From NCBI GenBank assembly GCA_964016885.1, contig OZ024748.1, positions 5,456,001 through 5,520,000 of the forward strand: 64,000 nucleotides of DNA. The letters run 5' to 3'. The position numbers and the translations under genes are program-made. Below, piece by piece: positions 58,534 to 64,000 of this stretch. Position 1 is the first letter of the stretch. Each line of letters opens with the position of its first letter. This DNA comes from Eledone cirrhosa. Its lineage: Eukaryota. The notes beneath the pieces are model-generated. The model made no database searches, was not told where the DNA came from, and saw only the letters and a list, made by a program, of their open reading frames with translations.

Positions 58534-58787
58534 AGGGGGTGTAACTAGGAGTTACTGCAGGTTCACCCGGGAGAGCACTCGATGTTTAGGTTCACTTCTG
58601 TGATGAGGTGTAGAGCTATACAGAGTGTAATATATAGAAAGGATAAAAAGGGCGATTGATTATTCCTTCATTGCATTTATTGACAGGTGACGCGCGTTTC
58701 GCCACTGATCAGCTCAAGGTTCGATCTATATCGATCCTACCCGACTCAATAATCCGCAGCTCGACGGACCCTCTAAAATGCTATAAG
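58532..58787 (-). mobile_element. (TA)n-embedded insert with hammerhead 3' half
   Basis: Reverse complement contains ...CTGATCAGTGGC-GAAACGCGCGTC-ACCTGTC-AATAAA; no intact CUGANGA. Confidence 0.55.
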
Positions 58788-58850
58788 AAAAAAAATATAT
58801 ATATATATATATATATATAAATCAAAAGATGGTTAAAAGAGGTCCATGTT

Positions 58851-58917
58851 TTTTATTATGCGTATTTCGAAAACAAATATCATCATGGGATGATATTTGC
58901 GTTCTCATCAGATAAAA
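58851..58917 (-). ncRNA. Putative type-I hammerhead ribozyme, best-preserved copy (insert about 58820-58980)
   Basis: Reverse complement: TTTTAT-CTGATGA-GAACGCAAATATCATC ccat GATGATATTTGTTTTC-GAAA-TACGCA-TA-ATAAAA; intact core, 16-bp stem II with 1 mismatch, 6-bp stem I. Confidence 0.75.
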
Positions 58918-59029
58918 TAGGGAGTCATGATATGAAGCTTAAAAAGCACTTGCGAGCAGTGAAGTGTTAAATCACCTCCTACATATAAATATGTATATAT
59001 ATGTATATATATACACATATATATATATA

Positions 59030-59299
<270 letters not shown>

Positions 59300-59638
59300 A
59301 TAAAAAAACACAACAGCATCAGCAGTAATATCATAAATACAGAAAAAAAAAACAGAAATATGAACTGGAACAACAACAACATCGGAAGCAACAGCAGCAA
59401 TAACAACAACAACATCTACAATGATAACATTAAATAAACAATAGGAAAAATGCCTTTGTGACATCTAAGTACACTGATATGTTTTTCTTGTTATTATTGC
59501 TGTTGTTATTGTTGTTATTTTGTTGGTAGTGTTGCTGTTGTTGTTACTATTGTTGTGATATTGTTGTTGTTGCTGTTGTTTATGTCTCTGTTGCCATTGC
59601 TGCTGTTGTTGTTACTATTGTTGTGACGTTGTTTTTGA

Positions 59639-59678
<40 letters not shown>

Positions 59679-60815
59679 CTTCTTCTTCTTCTTCTTCTTC
59701 TTCTTCTTCTTCTTCTTCTTCTTCTTCTTCTTCTTGATGCTACCGTTGTTTTTGTTGATGCTGTTTTCGTCATCCTTGTTGTTGACGTTGTTTTTTTTCT
59801 TTGTTGTTGTTGCTGTTGTTGTTTCTGTTGTTGTTTCTGCTGTTGTTGTTGTTGTTGTCTTTGTTGCTGTTGCTGTTTACATATTCAGGTTCAAACGATA
59901 CTTTTCTAATACATTACCTAAATAACAACAACAACTGCAAAAAATAATTGCAGCAACGAGAACACAAAAAACAATAGCATCAACAATGATAACAATTACA
60001 GATACAACAATGACTGTAACAGCAACTACAACAACAACTCCAACAACAACTACAAGAACAACTACAACAACAACTACAACAACAAATACAACAACAACTA
60101 GAACAACAACTCCAACAACAGCATAGTAACAACAGTAACAACAACAGTAATAAAAACAATTTCAAAATCAACCAAAGCATCTCTTATAACCATAACATAA
60201 TTATATTTATTGAGGGACGATAGACAGAAAATCGGGAAATTCGGTGGGATTCGAACTCAGAACATATAGAATACCCTAACAGAAAACGACAAAGCATTTT
60301 TTATCCAATATTGTTAACGATCCTGCTATGAATTCTTTATTTGTCACAAAAGACGACAGATGATGATGGAGGGGACATATTAATAGTTATAATAATAATA
60401 ACAAAATAACAACAATAATAATGATAACAAAAATAATAATAATATTAACAATAATAAAAATAGTAATAACAACATAAATAATATTAATAGTTTTAAAATA
60501 TATCATAAAGATATAGAATGCTTTTTTTTTTCCTCTAGTCTCTTTTAAGATATTTTAGAAATATTATCAAAACATCATATCTGAAACTATATTGGCTTCA
60601 CGATATTTAAAACAAAATAAAAGGAAGAAACACACACACACAAACACACACAAGCACACATATACAAACACATATACAAGCACACATACAAACACACACA
60701 TATAAACACACACACAAACACACACACAAAAACTAATGCATACAACCACATACATACATATACGTATATACAAACACATAAAAAATTACAATAGAGCTTT
60801 GTGTTGTTGTTGTTG

Positions 60816-60879
<64 letters not shown>

Positions 60880-60964
60880 TACTATTATTGGTAATCGATG
60901 GTTTCTTTTTTTCTCTAGAACTTTACTTACATTCTTTTTTATTTCAACATCATTTTCAGGTTTA

Positions 60965-61031
<67 letters not shown>

Positions 61032-61040
61032 ATATATGTA

Positions 61041-61183
<143 letters not shown>

Positions 61184-61309
61184 ATAAAAATATACATATA
61201 TATATATATACACTACTTTGCTTCTTATTAGGTTTTATTGTTGTTGGTGACATTGTTGTTGTGAATACAGTAGAAAAAGCAGTATCGGCAGCAGTAGCAG
61301 CCTCTGCAA

Positions 61310-61360
<51 letters not shown>

Positions 61361-61750
61361 CAATAGTAGTAGAAGTAGTAGTAGCAGCAATAGTAGTAGA
61401 AGTAGTAGTAGTAGTAGTAGTATGTCGTATGAAGAAACGTCGACGTGTTTGTTGTTGCTGGTGATGTTGTAGGTCTTAATATCCATATTGTTTTCTATTG
61501 TATAAAGTCTATCTATCTACCCCTTCCCTGTCTAATGTGATAGATAAAAAGATATCCGTTACACAAAGATTAAACTTTTGTTGAGAAATTTCATTCTTTT
61601 CATACGAAGAAAGCACCTTGTTTCATTCAGGTAATTGTTTGTCCTTTAATGTATAAGCAAGCAACACACCGATGTATACTTGTATATATATATATACATG
61701 TATATATGTATATATATATACATAATTATATATATTTATTTATATATATG

Positions 61751-61784
<34 letters not shown>

Positions 61785-61881
61785 TGTATGTATGTATGTA
61801 TGTATGTATGTATGTATGTATGTATGTATGTATGGTTATATATATATATAAAGAGAGAAAGAGAGAAATATATATATATAA

Positions 61882-62057
<176 letters not shown>

Positions 62058-62064
62058 ATACATA

Positions 62065-62144
<80 letters not shown>

Positions 62145-62277
62145 AGGTATATAATATATATACATATGTGTATGTCTGATTGTTAAGAATGTCTTATCTT
62201 CACCAGTAATCTACCCATTTTCTATAAAGATAAGTATGTATCTATGAATGAATGTGCGTGTGTTTGTATACACACAA

Positions 62278-62341
<64 letters not shown>

Positions 62342-62358
62342 ATACAAACACACACACA

Positions 62359-62402
<44 letters not shown>

Positions 62403-62543
62403 ATAATTTAATTATCTGTAACTACTTGGTTGTATCGGTGTGTGTGTGTATGTATATTTGTACAGACACACACATAAGGACACACTAATATATTATATAA
62501 TATACATATATATATATACAATTTGCATATGTATATATTATAT

Positions 62544-62574
<31 letters not shown>

Positions 62575-62580
62575 CTTTGT

Positions 62581-62830
62581 GTAAACGAAACTTCCTCGTT
62601 TTATATATACGCTCACACGGCCTCCATCCTTGGAACTTAACTTAACAACCGGCTCAACCCCGATCTAATCCGCCGTGACCTTTCTCCGAACTTTACACAC
62701 CTTAACTCTCACCTGAAGAAGGGCTTATGCCCGAAACGTCGTCCCCCACCTACCCACCACTCTCCTGGGCGTGAATTTAATAAACATTTATCGTACTGCC
62801 TCTCTGTTCTGTCCCTGTTCAATTTTTCAT
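62581..62830 (+). mobile_element. Penelope-like element 3' remnant with minimal hammerhead
   Basis: HHR at 62711-62742, AATAAA near 62779, ends in (TA)n; upstream TTTATATATACGCTC...CATCCT...CTTAAC weakly resembles the GIY-YIG C-terminal motif FI..L....P.GLN (frameshifted). Confidence 0.7.
62711..62742 (+). ncRNA. Minimal PLE-type hammerhead ribozyme
   Basis: AC-CTGAAGA-A-GGGC ttat GCCC-GAAACGTC-GT; core and GUC triplet are present, but stem I is very short. Confidence 0.7.
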
Positions 62831-62864
<34 letters not shown>

Positions 62865-62877
62865 TGATCATTAAAAC

Positions 62878-62912
62878 ACACCACATGTTCACTACTAGTG
62901 AACATGTGGTGT
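62878..62912. repeat. Perfect 17-bp inverted repeat with 1-nt spacer
   Basis: ACACCACATGTTCACTA-C-TAGTGAACATGTGGTGT. Confidence 0.9.
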
Positions 62913-64000
62913 TTATAATCTTCTCGATTCCTCAATGTTTTTACATGAACACGAATGTACGTAACACATTTTTTATCTCATTATGCAATTACAAAAAACA
63001 ATTGCAATAATGCTTTAGATGAAGCTAGCTTTCACGTTCTTCAACAATACACATGCTGTCCACAGAATACTCCACAAAATGAGCCAATTACATATAGACT
63101 CTATTCAGATATGACGTAAATAAATCACTCCAAAAAACCTTTAAAATTCCAAGCCTGTTGATAACCCACTCTCCTCACGATAAAGGCCTCGTAATAAAAA
63201 CAAATGCTCCTGGTAAGTTCCTAATTGTCAGTTATTACACCAGAAAGACGCTGTGTTACCAATAAGGCGATATAGGCAGTTGGCTTGTACGCAAGCCTCG
63301 GAGGGACGCAGAATTAAACCTTAAAGAACCACAGTTGTGTAATTAAATGAAATATATAATAAATTATTTCTAATTAAATCAAAAGGTATCTGTGCCATGT
63401 TACAGCTTTGTGGATATATCCAAAATCAGTGAAGAGTGATTTACGATGCTATGACCTATATGTGGATGGATGTGAACTGTGTAGTGAAAGATGCAGTCTT
63501 AGTAATCTTCTTAATTTGGTCAGAACAAGAAGTCACCAAAAATATAGGTGTGTCTGCTTGCCTAACTGTAAATTGAAATTACTTATTTTGGGAGAATGGG
63601 GCGCATAATTAAGAGAAGTGTGTGTTCATTGTAGATCTAGCACATAGCCGAAAATACCAAGACGCCGGTGCTGCACTAAGAAGATAAAAGCGTAGGTGGA
63701 CTTAAATTAAGTAAAATAGCTTTAATCGGGAATTGAAACCTTGATTTTGTAATTATCTTGGAATATTTTCCATTGATTTCATTCATCTTTGTTTTCATGA
63801 TCTGGTAACAAACATAAACAATATTCTCGCCATGTTCGCCTGAGTGGAAAAAATGCATTACCTTTTGATTTCCTAATCTCTCATTCATTCACGAGAAGCA
63901 GGGGTGTAATCATAGACGGATGATAGTCGCATAGCAGACTTTATAACATATACGTTGGTGCCGCATATATTTTGGAGTTGATATCCCATCTGGGTAGGTT

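Noticed and set aside
63676-63888. RFQFPIK as a Helitron helicase motif
   Set aside because: The expected downstream A.T..K.QG residues are absent.

Overview
AT-rich, microsatellite-saturated animal (intronic/intergenic) DNA. The SINE families and simple-repeat density resemble coleoid cephalopod (Octopus-like) genomes, which is an inference. No ORF in the supplied track is a credible full gene: nearly all are translations of simple repeats. Supported content: (1) about 13 copies of a tRNA-derived SINE, four with clear target-site duplications, plus older CORE-type SINEs; (2) a decayed RTE LINE 3' fragment; (3) minisatellites, including a 3.2-kb 26-bp array with a 481-bp higher-order period; (4) a few weak minus-strand exon candidates. 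The most notable content is (5): about 20 short (50-390 bp) non-coding inserts from about 10 families, sitting in or beside (TA)n or (TG)n tracts. Many carry minimal type-I hammerhead ribozyme (HHR) motifs of the kind found in Penelope-like elements (PLEs). Several are long fold-back palindromes centred on or just upstream of the hammerhead, with copy-specific variants mirrored in both arms. This points to a ribozyme-bearing, (TA)n-targeting retroelement system that generates hairpins locus by locus.
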